From positions 1 through 64,000 of the forward strand of contig NMRA01000485.1 in the NCBI GenBank assembly GCA_002633005.1: a stretch of 64,000 bases of DNA, in the 5' to 3' direction. Made by a program: the position numbers and the translations under genes. The notes beneath the pieces are model-generated. The model searched no databases and had not been told where the DNA came from. It worked only from the letters and a program-made list of their open reading frames with translations. Every line of letters begins with the position of its first letter. The stretch's first letter is position 1. Below, in pieces: positions 50,801-62,700 of the stretch. This DNA comes from Phoronis australis. Its lineage: Eukaryota; Animalia; Phoronida.

Positions 50801-53387
50801 GCACTATTGGTTGCGCTACAGTCACAGCTGCCCAGCTCATGTGTTATTTACCATGTCGAAGTGGAGTCTGTCATTGGTGAGAGGGTTTTTTGATTATGTG
50901 TGTAGTTGGTGAAACTTGAAACAAGAGATTTAATTTTTAGGAATTTCAAATCTGCCGTGCACAGGTTTTCTGTCAAAAACTGATTTTTCATTAATAGACA
51001 GACCGCTTGCTGATAAAATTGTCCATAACACAGGTTATAAGTAAATTCTGAGCCTGAAAGTTGAACTGGAATTTGCTATTATTAGAATGCAAGTTCAATA
51101 AATTAGTTCATCCTTGCAGGTAAAGTTATGTGCCAAGCATGTCCTCATGAGATAGGCTCACTTAATATCATCATGGCTTTTACTAGACTGGCAAACTCAG
51201 CAAGTAAATTGCATGTAGCACTTAATTGAATGCAATTTTCATTATTTAGGCACAGACTGGGAGACTGGTAAGACGCAAGAGTGTGAGGGTGAGGAGGCTT
51301 TAGCTTGCTTGCTTTTACCCTATACCGAAGCTATCAGGGCCCACCCATTGCGAATAGCTGAGCATAACTTCACTGATGATGGCCTGGTGTTAGACAGGCT
51401 CGCACAAGGAATGCCTAATGTGCAGGTAGGATATGTCAGTCATGATAAGAGCAATTTGTGGTGGGAGAAGTTTGCCTTCAGTTTTACTCCTTCGCATACT
51501 TGTAGCTGAAATTTTGACATAGGATTAGAGGAACTGATTCAGAAGTGCCAACTCCTGTCAAGGAAGAGTTTGTGACCCCAAATTTCATGGGACTGGCCGT
51601 GAGAGCACACATGTTGTTTATTTCCAGTTGTCAGCTCAGCTGAACGTTAAGGAAGATTGTAGTTGTATGATCAGGCCTATTCATAATGATGTCATCTAGC
51701 GCTATTCTTGATTACAGTGTTTCGGATAACCCAGCGATTCAAAATTAGTCCACAAACAAATCATTTAGACCAGCTGTTCATTTGTCACACACACCAATCC
51801 ATAGACGTGGCCATATATGGGAGTAGTCTAACTTTCCGATATCTTTTCAGCTCCAACTCTTACAGTATTTCAATTAGGCCTTTAGTCAGCTGTTCAATTA
51901 TGATCTGACCGGGATGCTCCCCACTTCTCCTTGTAGTAATTGTTCTAAAACTGAATTTAATGATATCTACCCCTTATTCTGTTTGTCATGACTGTGGAAG
52001 TGACATTACCTGGATTCACCTGTTTATTACAAATCCAAAGTTAAAGTTAAATTCTAGGTGTTGTAGAATGTTCATGATTTCATTGCTGTTTGAAATTGTC
52101 TACAGGCCATTGATTATTTAGAAACTTTTGTTCCCAATTTTTTGCAATAACTCTTGATTTACATGACTTACACAGATAAGGTGACATGTTCCTAGTCCTA
52201 CGTGTTTGGTATATAGCTCCCTCTAGTGTCAGTCTATAAGATTTGCTCATACTTTTCTGTGACCATTGTGATGAAGTATTTAATGATAATCAAAAAATCT
52301 TAACAACATTAATTTGTAACATCAAAAAAATGACTTTGTAAACAATCTGAAGAGCCCTAAAACCTATTGTAGGTTAGTATAAATTGTCGAGATGTATTCA
52401 CAGATGCCGAGTGACTAGATCAATGAGCCTTCTTTATACATCTAAGAGTTACTAGTTGACAGTTTTAGGTATGGAGAACTTTTTTCTGTGTTCTGCAGGA
52501 AACCAAACTGGTGCTGGCCATCTTTGATATGGTACTGACAGATGGTGAATCTTTCACCTCTCCATTCTTGAATGGCCTCATACGCTGCCTGCCACGTGAT
52601 GCCGTAATTGCTGGAGGAATCTCCCAGTTTGTCACGCCTCCTTGGAGATGGTGAGCTTAGCACTAGCTTCACTTTTTGTACCATGGTCTTGTCTACTATA
52701 GGTATGGCGGTTTCGTGGTGAATGAAAAAAGTCCACACGATTGTATCTGGTCACAAAATACTCATGTAGTAACTACCATCAATATAACTTGTGACTTTCC
52801 ATTTTTAAGTTTAGTATAGCTGTACCCACCATCAAAAATGTGGAATTATGGGTAGTCACATCAAAATTAGAAACCTTTATTTGAAAAATGAAAAAGAGGA
52901 ATAATATTATTCTGGCAGTTATTTGTGTCCTAAATTGATGACATTTTACGACCGTGTTACTGTAACTGTTTGTTTCAGCCCTGCGGGAATCACTACAAGC
53001 TTAGGTCTGGCCTTCACTGGTGATAAACTCAGAGTGGCCTCATGCATCATTTCTCAAGGCAAGCGATCTCACAAAGTAATACGTGAAACATTGAGTGCAC
53101 TCAAGAAAGCCGAGATGAAGGAAGACGGGTCTTTCGCTTTCATGTTTGCTTGTGTGGGACGCGGAAATTCACTGCATGGCCAGTCGAACGTTGAGTCTAG
53201 AATTTTCCGTGAACTCTTTCCAAACACACCATTGGTGGGATTTTTCGGAAATGGTGAAATTGGTCACGACCACATTTTTGACAGCACTGGCAAACAGTAC
53301 CACAGTGGGTTACAGAAAATTCACGATGCCTGGGATATCAGTCACGGATACACCTCCATATTTGTTCTGGTTTCTTGGGCAACATAA
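47880..53387 (+). CDS. FBXO22: F-box only protein 22 (F-box plus FIST-C); 6 exons, ~369 aa
   Basis: Exons 47880-47971, 50003-50111, 50705-50876, 51250-51425, 52499-52650, 52979-53387. Phases 2,0,1,0,2; 1110 nt. F-box LTEIPEVTDLVLKNLP..L..CARVCRRW; FIST-C FMFACVGRG...ESRIFRELFPNTPLVGFFGNGEIG. Confidence 0.92.
48419..49229. mobile_element. 811-bp copy-specific insertion at a TA site in FBXO22 intron 1 (non-autonomous DNA-transposon-like)
   Basis: Absent from the first copy (ttcacata|catgtc at ~43148). Flanked by TA; subterminal inverted motif ccaa(a/t)gttcgtccgcc near both ends. Confidence 0.75.
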
Positions 53388-55489
53388 GCTGTTTTTACAC
53401 GTGGAACAGTTGTCACGGTGACAGTTGTCACAGTGCCAGTTGTTACCGCTGGTGCAACTTGCTCCACTTAAGTCGCTTTTACACGACATGAGATCCCAAA
53501 CTGGATTAGCTTGAGTGATTTACACAAAGACTGCCTGTGCACTGATGCACGCATCAACAATAGCGAACGTCCAAACCATGTGGAGTGCCAGCGGATCGCC
53601 CATATACATGCTAATTGCACAAGCGCAGTGAATGATGAAACCTCTCCGCCCTGCCCCAGTTCTGTTTAGATGACATATAATTGACACTGAAGCAAATGAT
53701 CATGTGCTACTTGCTCTACCTCTCAAACTTGTGTCAAAAATGGCCGAGCAGTGTCAACTTGCTGTGTGTCAGTCACGTTTTCAAACACACTTGTACCGGA
53801 TCAGCTGTTCCATGTTAGTTGCTCTATGACAACTGTTTCCCATGTAAATTTGGCTATAAACCAATCATGAAGTGTTTAGACTCTTTACATTCGTGACTTT
53901 GTACAACTGAGTGGTGGTTGCTCTTAATTGAATGACTTGTGACAACCTTTCTTCATTTGTGACGTATTCATTCCTGGTGACAAGATTGTGTTTTTGCTGA
54001 GATAAAAAGAGGCCTTGATTGAAATATAGAAGTTCAAAAAGCCTGATTTGTTTTTAATGGAACACCGACTTAATTTTAAATTAAAGGCCATTAAGTGAAG
54101 AGGTTGTAATGTTAGGAGTTCTTGATTAAATAATCCCCTGAGAAAACATTAATCTGTAAGACCATTATTTGAAAAATTTGGTTTGTTAGGGGTTTAATTA
54201 TTACATCTCAATTTTTGTTGATCAGAGTTCATATGACGATTAATGATCATCAGATTGATGATAAATCATAAATTGTTCATTGCATGTTTCATGAACAACC
54301 CTTGATCATTTGTCACAGCTCAGTGATGGGAAATTATCATAAGTTTTGTTAGTAACAGCATGCTGTTGTTGATATACTCATCTAAAGCATTTGTTACATT
54401 TGGCTGTTTTTGTAAAGAAAGGTTTCAGACTTGGTCCAATTCAGGAGATTTGATCTACAGTGCTGCTGTCATTTTCATGTGGATTGTAAGACGGTTGCCC
54501 GGCTTGTAAATATCCAGTGACTTCACAGGTACCTTGTGAACGTGTAAACTTGTTCGTAATTTGCCATCCATGTGGTGAAGAAAGTGCGATTGGATGGTGT
54601 GTGCCTTGAGAATCCTTCGCGAAGAAGACTCGCTATTCAATCTATTTCTAATAAAATTTGATGTATTTTCAGGCTCTCTTTCAATATTTGTTCACTTTCC
54701 TCACCATTGATTTTCTGTACTTGTACCAAAACGCATAGCTCAGTTGCAGTGAGTCGGTACTTTCAATTCTAGTGCGCTCAAGTGTCCAGTGCCGTTTTCC
54801 GTCATAAAACACCCACAAGTTATCTGTGACAATGTTTACTATACAATGATCCCACAATGCATTTGAAGCAGTGTCAGCAGTATCGTAGATGAAATCCCCG
54901 AATTACTTTTGAGATTTGACAGAACATTTAGTTTTGTGTTAGATTAAAGGTGAACTTGTCTAGTAGCAGGCAGGTGATTGACCTAAAGTATGGCTTAGGA
55001 TGGTGAATTCACTTTTGCATTCATTTTTTGATCAATATGGTACAGTAATTCCTCAATTGGCACGCAGTATGGCGATGAGTGAAATTCTATTTTGTCAAAT
55101 TTCTCCACAAATTTACCTTAATTACATGTATTAGAGATCTGAATATGATAAGAACATTTTAGCCTATTGCAGTTTGTAGGTGTCATAAAACTACAGTTGA
55201 AGATTTTCATTATTGGTCATAGCAAGGTTACCAGCATTTGAAAAATGGATAATTGCAGCATTGACGATTTATTATTTTGTGCGAAATAAGTGGAGTGAGT
55301 TGCCGTAGTGCGCGATATCGAGAGACCTCAACATGTCTATGAAAGGTAAAGGAGCTGTGTGCTTACGTCACGACTTGCGGTAAACTTGTACGTTGCTATC
55401 AAATGCATGTTTTTTCTATTTAACGCGTATCTATTATTTATTTTGAAAACATACGAACTTGACATTGTACAACTTACATTTTCCCAGCT

Positions 55490-55600
55490 ACTCTGTTGGT
55501 GGAGGAGGCACTGCCACCTATTGGGGCAAGTGTACCCTTCCTCTACTCAAGGTCGTGGGTTCGAGTCCCACTGGGGCACACTGTTAAACCATTGAGTCAG
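55490..55600 (+). mobile_element. tRNA-derived SINE-like fragment
   Basis: B box GGTTCGAGTCC in 'aaggtcgtgggttcgagtcccact'; no cloverleaf. Confidence 0.45.
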
Positions 55601-58600
55601 ATATCTAGCTAAGCTTCTCAGCTTGGTCTTAACTAAAGTATTAATAAACTTAAGCATAAAAATGGTTCTAGGTGATCTATGGTATGGGCCAACCGAAGTG
55701 GCCTGCGCCTGTCTGGTGCATGAATCTGCAATTATTTTTTTACTCCGATGGTGAACAGCTTTTGCACTCAGCGGCCATGGCAGAGAGTTCCACTTGTGCT
55801 TTATAGCTATCGTATCAGGAATTTTAAATAATTTTATCTGATCATGTTTTTGGAATGTACAGCAGATATGTTTTGAATAAAACCAACAAGAAATTGTGTG
55901 CACATGGTTTGTATTTAACGCCTTCATTTTGCCCAACGTAAAAACGAAATTAAATTAAACAAATATTAATTCATTACAAGTTCACAATGTGCGTGCGCAT
56001 TTCCTTAAATTAAGCACCAACAAAGTCTTAAACCAGATAATCAAAACTACCAAAGTAAGTATTAAAATAAAAGTTAAACAAAAAGAATGGAGATTTTACT
56101 AGAAACCATAACGTTACATCCACCAGATGTGACAACGATTACACGAGACTCAGTGAGACATTCGACATTGTTGCCACAATTTCGACAATATTTATCTGTA
56201 ATATATCCCAGAACTGTCTTGACAAAATAAGAAAAAACAATGAATAGAGGTCAACAGCTTCAAGCACAAGAACCAGAATAGAAATATGAGTGTAATGCTA
56301 TTGAGCCTAGCATTATTCATTGTAAACGCCAGAATTGTTCAATGATATGGAATCCTATCCACACTATTAACTGGAAGGTATTACTCAACTACGCCACCTT
56401 GTGTTTAATCCAGAGAAATAACAGTAACTCAGATGACACCAGTCAATGGGAAAGTTAAGTGAAGTTGTGACAGACCGAAGTTCCTCTAATGGGAAAGTGA
56501 TGTGAGATTCAACCACAGTTTAGTAAAGCCATGTTACCAAAAATGCACTAATTAAAGGGAACTTAAAATGTCCTCCGAATAGGACTGAAACTCAAAATGC
56601 AATAACAGTATTACGTCACAAGAATACAAAATGTCGATGAACAGACTAGTCTGGGCATACAATATCAATCCAAAAATATTCACAAATAAAGGGTATTTTA
56701 CTAACAAGCTCGTGAGATTACCTGGAAAGGGTTCAGCATATGCAATAACCTCGCTAAAGAAGCTAACGTGACCACGTGCTTTGCTCATCTCATGAAGTTT
56801 AGCTTTTCATGAGATTCCCATCCCTATGAAATGCACGCTGGTCCTAACCAAAAATTAACTAGAGGGATTTACAGTACACTTTGAAAGTAATCCAAAAAAA
56901 CTGATCTGGAATGCCTTGTCATGATGATTGACAGCAATATGAATTCCGCATTGCGATGACCGAGAGCATCAAATTCTCTGTTGTGACGACCAAATGCAAT
57001 AGTGTAATTCACCGTCAATGTGTCCTTTACTTGTTATGACACGGAAACGGGATTTTTCTCAACTATTTTTTATGTGAACTGCACTTTATTTCAAGGTTGT
57101 CATCAGTAATGTCATTTTTCTTAAAGTACGCTAACCAATTTCGGCCAAAAATGATATTAAATTAATGACCCTTTTCTTCTTTCAGAGTCATACAACATAG
57201 TGAATAGATTATCCAAAATTTCCAAGCCTATTGCCTGGTGGCTGGTATGGTACAGAATTTGGAACATGGCAATGCTTTGATTTGGTGCTACTAAAAAACA
57301 GAAAATAAAATGTCAAATGTCATTTTATGCACCAAATATGGCCTCTAGCAATGAACGAAACAATCAGTTCTTCAAAAATGATGTCAAATAATCTGAGTAC
57401 AGTAATTCACTTATTTAGCACAAAAATAGAAAATTGTCGTTTTTCAAATAAAGCTGATTGCCTCGCTGCAAACAGTGGGAGCTCTACCAACTTTCCTGAT
57501 TGATGCTTTTGTGTAAAAATTGATAATTAAAAATCAAACTTCACTTGTCCACTGTATTCTGTGCTAAATAGGTGAAGAATTACTGAAAGAAACAGGCAAT
57601 TTGATAAGTTCCGAAAAGTCAATTAAATCATAAATCAAGTTTTTTACTCTAAGAGCACTCCAACTTGGTTGTGTTTGATTCATCAGTGGCTTCCCTGAGT
57701 GATCAATTTTCAATTCAAGTTGCTGCTGAAGGTCTTCTCAACACATTGCCACACACTCAGCTAAATTCCCAATATTTATGACCCTGCCTGTGACAGGTAA
57801 TTTAAGATAACTCATAATTTATGCACAAAATAAGAGAACATTTACCATAGCGATGTAGCTTTTACACCAGTCCTCCAGATTTATGAGTGAGACATGCAAA
57901 GTAAAGACCGAAATTATGCAGAAAATAAAAATTACATTACTTAAATGCAAACTATCCCTAGTCTAACAATTTCCCCATAAATTAACATAGATAATAATAT
58001 TATAATGCACAATATGATATTCGATAACAACTCGAATGCATAGTATACGTAACAAGATTTGGTGTTTGGTAACAACCAACAAGGCAATCAAGTAAAGGTG
58101 AATATTGATAGCATCCTATACTATGTCCAACATGTTTCTACTTAATAAGTAATACACTGTATGTCTGTGATTCCAATGAAATGGTGACCATAGCACAATG
58201 CTTGCGTCCCTCACTCCTCACTAAGAAAGCCAGCTGAGTCCAGCTAACTGCCCATCATGGCTCAAATTGCTTTAAATAATTATGCTTTTAATTCAGTGCA
58301 CTGGGACACCACGTTTTTTTAAATCTTCATCGACCGCTGGGAGACAGTATGTACACAAAAGTATTGCACACCTGTTTGTTATCGTTTCTTTTGAAAAATT
58401 CAGATTACAAAAGAGAAATAATGATTTTGCACGAAAATTGCAAATTCCACTTATTCGTTCTAACAGATAAGTGGGACTGTCATTTTCTTTTAAGGCCTTT
58501 AAGCTGTCAGGTTGTGGGTGCTTTACTAATAAAATGAACACTCAACAATCTGTTAAACATTCAATGGACACACGCTTCTCTACGAAAGAGAATTAACTTC

Positions 58601-59742
58601 TGGGCTATCAATTGTACACCTTACACACGTGTTGAATCTGATGCATTCAAATATTAATGGTAAAAACTCTGTAGTTTTGGCCAATCTACAAATTTAGGAC
58701 ACTCAAATTAAATACAAAATTGATTTTTTACTCTGCAGATTGGGATCATATTTTGCACACTGCATTTTGCATCAACAAAATCTGAGATAAAATCATCATA
58801 ATTAGCTGCAAAATTTGTATTTTCTCATAAGTTTTAAATTTGTGACAGCCAAAATTGCTCATTTCTAAAATTTGGTGAAAGCCCTGACCTTAAGCAAATT
58901 ACTTAATTTTCAATGCCCTCAACTGGAGAATTTTACCATAATACTCGTAACAAAGATATGAACACATTTTGGTTATACACCTTCATAACCACATAGCACA
59001 CTAGACACAAGTCATGATTGCTTCCCGCTAAAACTGACAAATTACAGAGTAGTTTTCAAAATAACATCGAACGTTGACAAAGCTTTAATACAGGATACAT
59101 TTTCAACTAAGCCTCATAAATGTTTTTTCGCCTCTCTGATTAATTGGAAGTCAGCCTTCTAATCAGACAAGGAATGTGCAATCTGTCACATTGTGACAAA
59201 GCCCCCCCATGTCATTGTAAAACATTTTTGGCATAACGGGAGTCAAAAGTCTGGCTGAATTTGATACAGGTCAAGTAAAGTGTGTCCAGAACAGTATTTT
59301 TTCTTGTCACTTTCGCATAAAAATAATAGCCGAAATTGCATCTATCCATTTTTTAGAAGTGCATGGCATCGAAAAATACTATATTTTTATAAATCAGAAC
59401 TGCTCAAAAACATACCATGCTAAAGTTGAAAGTAGATTATTTCTCAATTCTTATTTTTGTTGTGAAATTTTCCACCGTACTTTGAGCTCCATTGAAGAGT
59501 GTTTACCACACAAGGCCTGGATGCCATTTTTATGATCCTGGACGAAACAGAACAGCTCTGGCAATCTTCCCTTCCAAGCTTGTGTGGCAGATAGTTTGAC
59601 ATGAGCTTAGTGTAATATTTCTGCATCACAGATCCATCACTCAACAGTCCACGTCATCAAATCAAAGTTGATAAGCACGCACTAGAGAATTCTTCCTCGT
59701 AACAAACGGTCCAATCACAGCTCTCTGCCATATCATCATGTG

Positions 59743-62700
59743 CTATGAATAGTAGGTGAGCACAGACTCTTGGTTGCCACGGAGCAACATGATGGGCGGC
59801 ATGTTTTTTGTCAGACTGTCCAACCAGGCCATGTAGAGTCCAGCAGGACACACCCCTTTCCTGGGAATGGGCAGAGTCCTGCAATGATTGTCAGATGAGA
59901 GAAGTCAAAAATAATCACCAAAATTGACATTTTTCTACTTTTCAAACTTTAAGGTAGTCTAACTAGCTTCAAATAATGGAAATTTTGCCAAATGTTGGTT
60001 TAAGACATCTAGAGTGCTCAATCCAAGTAAATAATAGACTGCAATATGTAAATCTTGAACCGGTGTGCAAATATAGATCGCATATTCGTGTACACACACA
60101 AGTTTATGGGCGAGATGCCCACTGTAAAGTATGAACGATGGCTCAAAGGACTACAGTGTCTGCACAGTTAGCAGAAGGTCACAGGTTTGAGTCCCGATCA
60201 GAGCAGAAACCTTTTCAGACTTATGTTCATTAGGTCACGTGATGTGACCATCAGGTGGCATGCTGAGCAGACTTAAAAATGCTTGCAACAGACTACAATC
60301 AATGTTGATTTTTTTTAAAAATTTGAAAACGGACTAAAATTTCACTTGTCTGGCATATTGTGTTCTAAATAAATGAAGATATACTCTTCTCGAGATCAAG
60401 TCCATTCTCAGACGATGTACGAAATATGACTGACATGCACAAACCACGCCCCTTCAGAAAGTGGAATACTTAATTAATTAGGGTCACGGCATTATTTGTT
60501 CGGAATAACATTTTCCTAACCGAACTAAAATCATATTTTCAATACAAACAACAACAAATAAACTTGGTATTCCCTTTCAACTTAGATAGAAAATTAATAT
60601 AGAGACTATGTGCAAAAATTTCCAAAACTAAAATGCTGAGGGCATTGCAACGAGAAACTCGACATCAACTAAGTGGACCGTGTGTGACAAATGCCATGCC
60701 TCTAGAAAATAATGCATACATTAAATACATCAGGCACACTAATCCCACAAGCTGCTGAACAGTTTTTTCTCAGTCCAATTTGATGTTTTCCAAGAGGACT
60801 CATTTGTTATCATGCACGTATTGTACATTAGGAGACCAATTGCAAAATAAACTAAAAATGGAAGTCAGTCAAGCCGACCACAGGCTTAGAACACACAGAT
60901 TTATTATGAACCCATTTAGGATTTAGTATGGGCATCAAAAGCAAGAGGTAATGGGCCCCACCCTGGATAAAACTCGATAAAAAACTACTTGACTTTCTAA
61001 AACCACTCTGAGGAGGTTGCGTATTACAACTATTATGATATTAAAATCTCTTGGTCTATTTACACCGACCTCTAGTCTATTTACACTGTCACATCGTTTC
61101 GGTCAGTCTATTCTCTGGCCATCGTCAGGCATTTCCGCGTTCTTAGAAGAACGAGCACGGATATGTGGTACACTCATGGTCATCACACCATGAGTGTACC
61201 ACATATCCGTGCTCGTTCTTCTAAGAACGCAGGAACACCTGATGATGGCCGGAGAATAGACTGACCGAAACGTCGTGACAGTGTAAAGAGACTAGAGGTC
61301 GGTGTAAATAGACCCAAGAGATTTTAATAATAACTGTAACAAGAGCAACGCGGAGCGTTGAAATGCGCCCACAATTGCACCGCATACGGTATCCTTCTAG
61401 GGTTGTTTATTGGTACCATAAAGTGGCCAGTAGAGGGCATACTTTGCAAAATGGAAAGGCATGGTCATTGTCTCCTCAATAGGCTAGGGGCAAAATGTGA
61501 GTAATCTTCATAATACAAGCACATCCTATACACCAGTTGCTTAAAGCACCACAGAAACATANGCTGAGGGCATTGCAACGAGAAACTCGACATCAACTAA
61601 GTGGACCGTGTGTGACAAATGCCATGCCTCTAGAGAATAATGCATACATTAAATACATCAGGGACACTAATCCCACAAGCTGCTGAACAGTTTTTTCTCA
61701 GTCCAATTTGATGTTTTCCAAGAGGACTCATTTGTTATCACGCAAGTATTGTACATTAGGAGACCAATTGCAAAATAAACTAAAAATGGAAGTCAGTCAA
61801 GCCGACCACAGGCTTAGAACACACAGACTTATTATGAACACATTTACGATTTAGTATGGGCATCAAAAGCAAGAGGTAATGGGCCCCACCCTGGATAAAA
61901 CTCGATAAAAAACTACTTGACTTTCTAAAACCGCTCTGAGGTGGTTGCGTATTACAACTATAATCATATATTAAAATCTCTTGGTCTATTTACACCGACC
62001 TGTACTCTATTTACACTGTCATGCCGTTTCGGTCAGTCTATTCTCCGGCCATGTCAGGCATTCCCGCATTCTTAGAAGAATGAGCACAGATATGTGGTAC
62101 ACTCATGGTGTGATTTTTTTGTCCTAGGCAGGATTTGAACCCAAAACTTCAGCACCTTAACCACTACATCACGGAGTCATCACACCATGAGTGTACCACA
62201 TATTCGTGCTTGTTCTTCTAAGAATGCAGGAACACCTGATGATGGCCGGAGAATAGACCTACCGAAACGTCGTGACAGTGTAAATAGACTAGAGGTCGGT
62301 GTAAATAGACCAAGAGATTTTAATAATAGTTGTAAAAAACTACTTTGCATGACTGACCCTTTTTTCAAAATGTCCGGTTCTGCAGAGTTCATTAACAAGA
62401 TGCGACACATCGTCAAGTACTGACATTTGCCCTTTTGTCAATTATTTGGTGCCAGGACAATGAAAGCAACTCTACGTGCTTGACCCACGTGTTGCATCCA
62501 ATATCAACCTTTACTGCACTACATCAAGCTGATGATGAGATAGTGCATCCGGAGAAGCAGGACAAGTGCTTGGCACATCTGTTGCATTGTGGGTAAATAC
62601 CACAGAAAGAGAGTGATGCTGTGGTTTTTAAGGAGGGGTTCAATTATGGGCTACGCACTTTTCATTGGTTGGGTGGGTATTAATTGAAAGGCATGCGTTT

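Larger units (their letters stand above)
61919..62332 (-). mobile_element. Non-autonomous tRNA-headed Penelope-like/ribozyme retroelement, copy/allele 2 (complete)
   Basis: 13-bp direct repeat TAAAAAACTACTT at 61906-61918 and 62333-62345. Inverted arms ~61952-62114 and 62179-62335, tRNA-like centre, and a 33-bp unpaired tail at 61919-61951. Confidence 0.78.

Noticed and set aside
51374-51405. CTGATGAT followed by a GGCCTG/CAGGCT stem resembling a hammerhead
   Set aside because: No GAAA box follows, and it lies in an FBXO22 coding exon.
59657-59884. Supplied 75-aa ORF MQDSAHSQ...
   Set aside because: Wrong frame; the real reading is the SLC12A terminal exon.
62121-62178. Functional tRNA gene (also considered for ~55550 and ~60180)
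   Set aside because: A/B-box-like motifs only; no complete cloverleaf or anticodon arm.
62180-62423. Two 78-aa ORFs over the palindrome arm
   Set aside because: No domain similarity; the frame is not preserved in copy 1.
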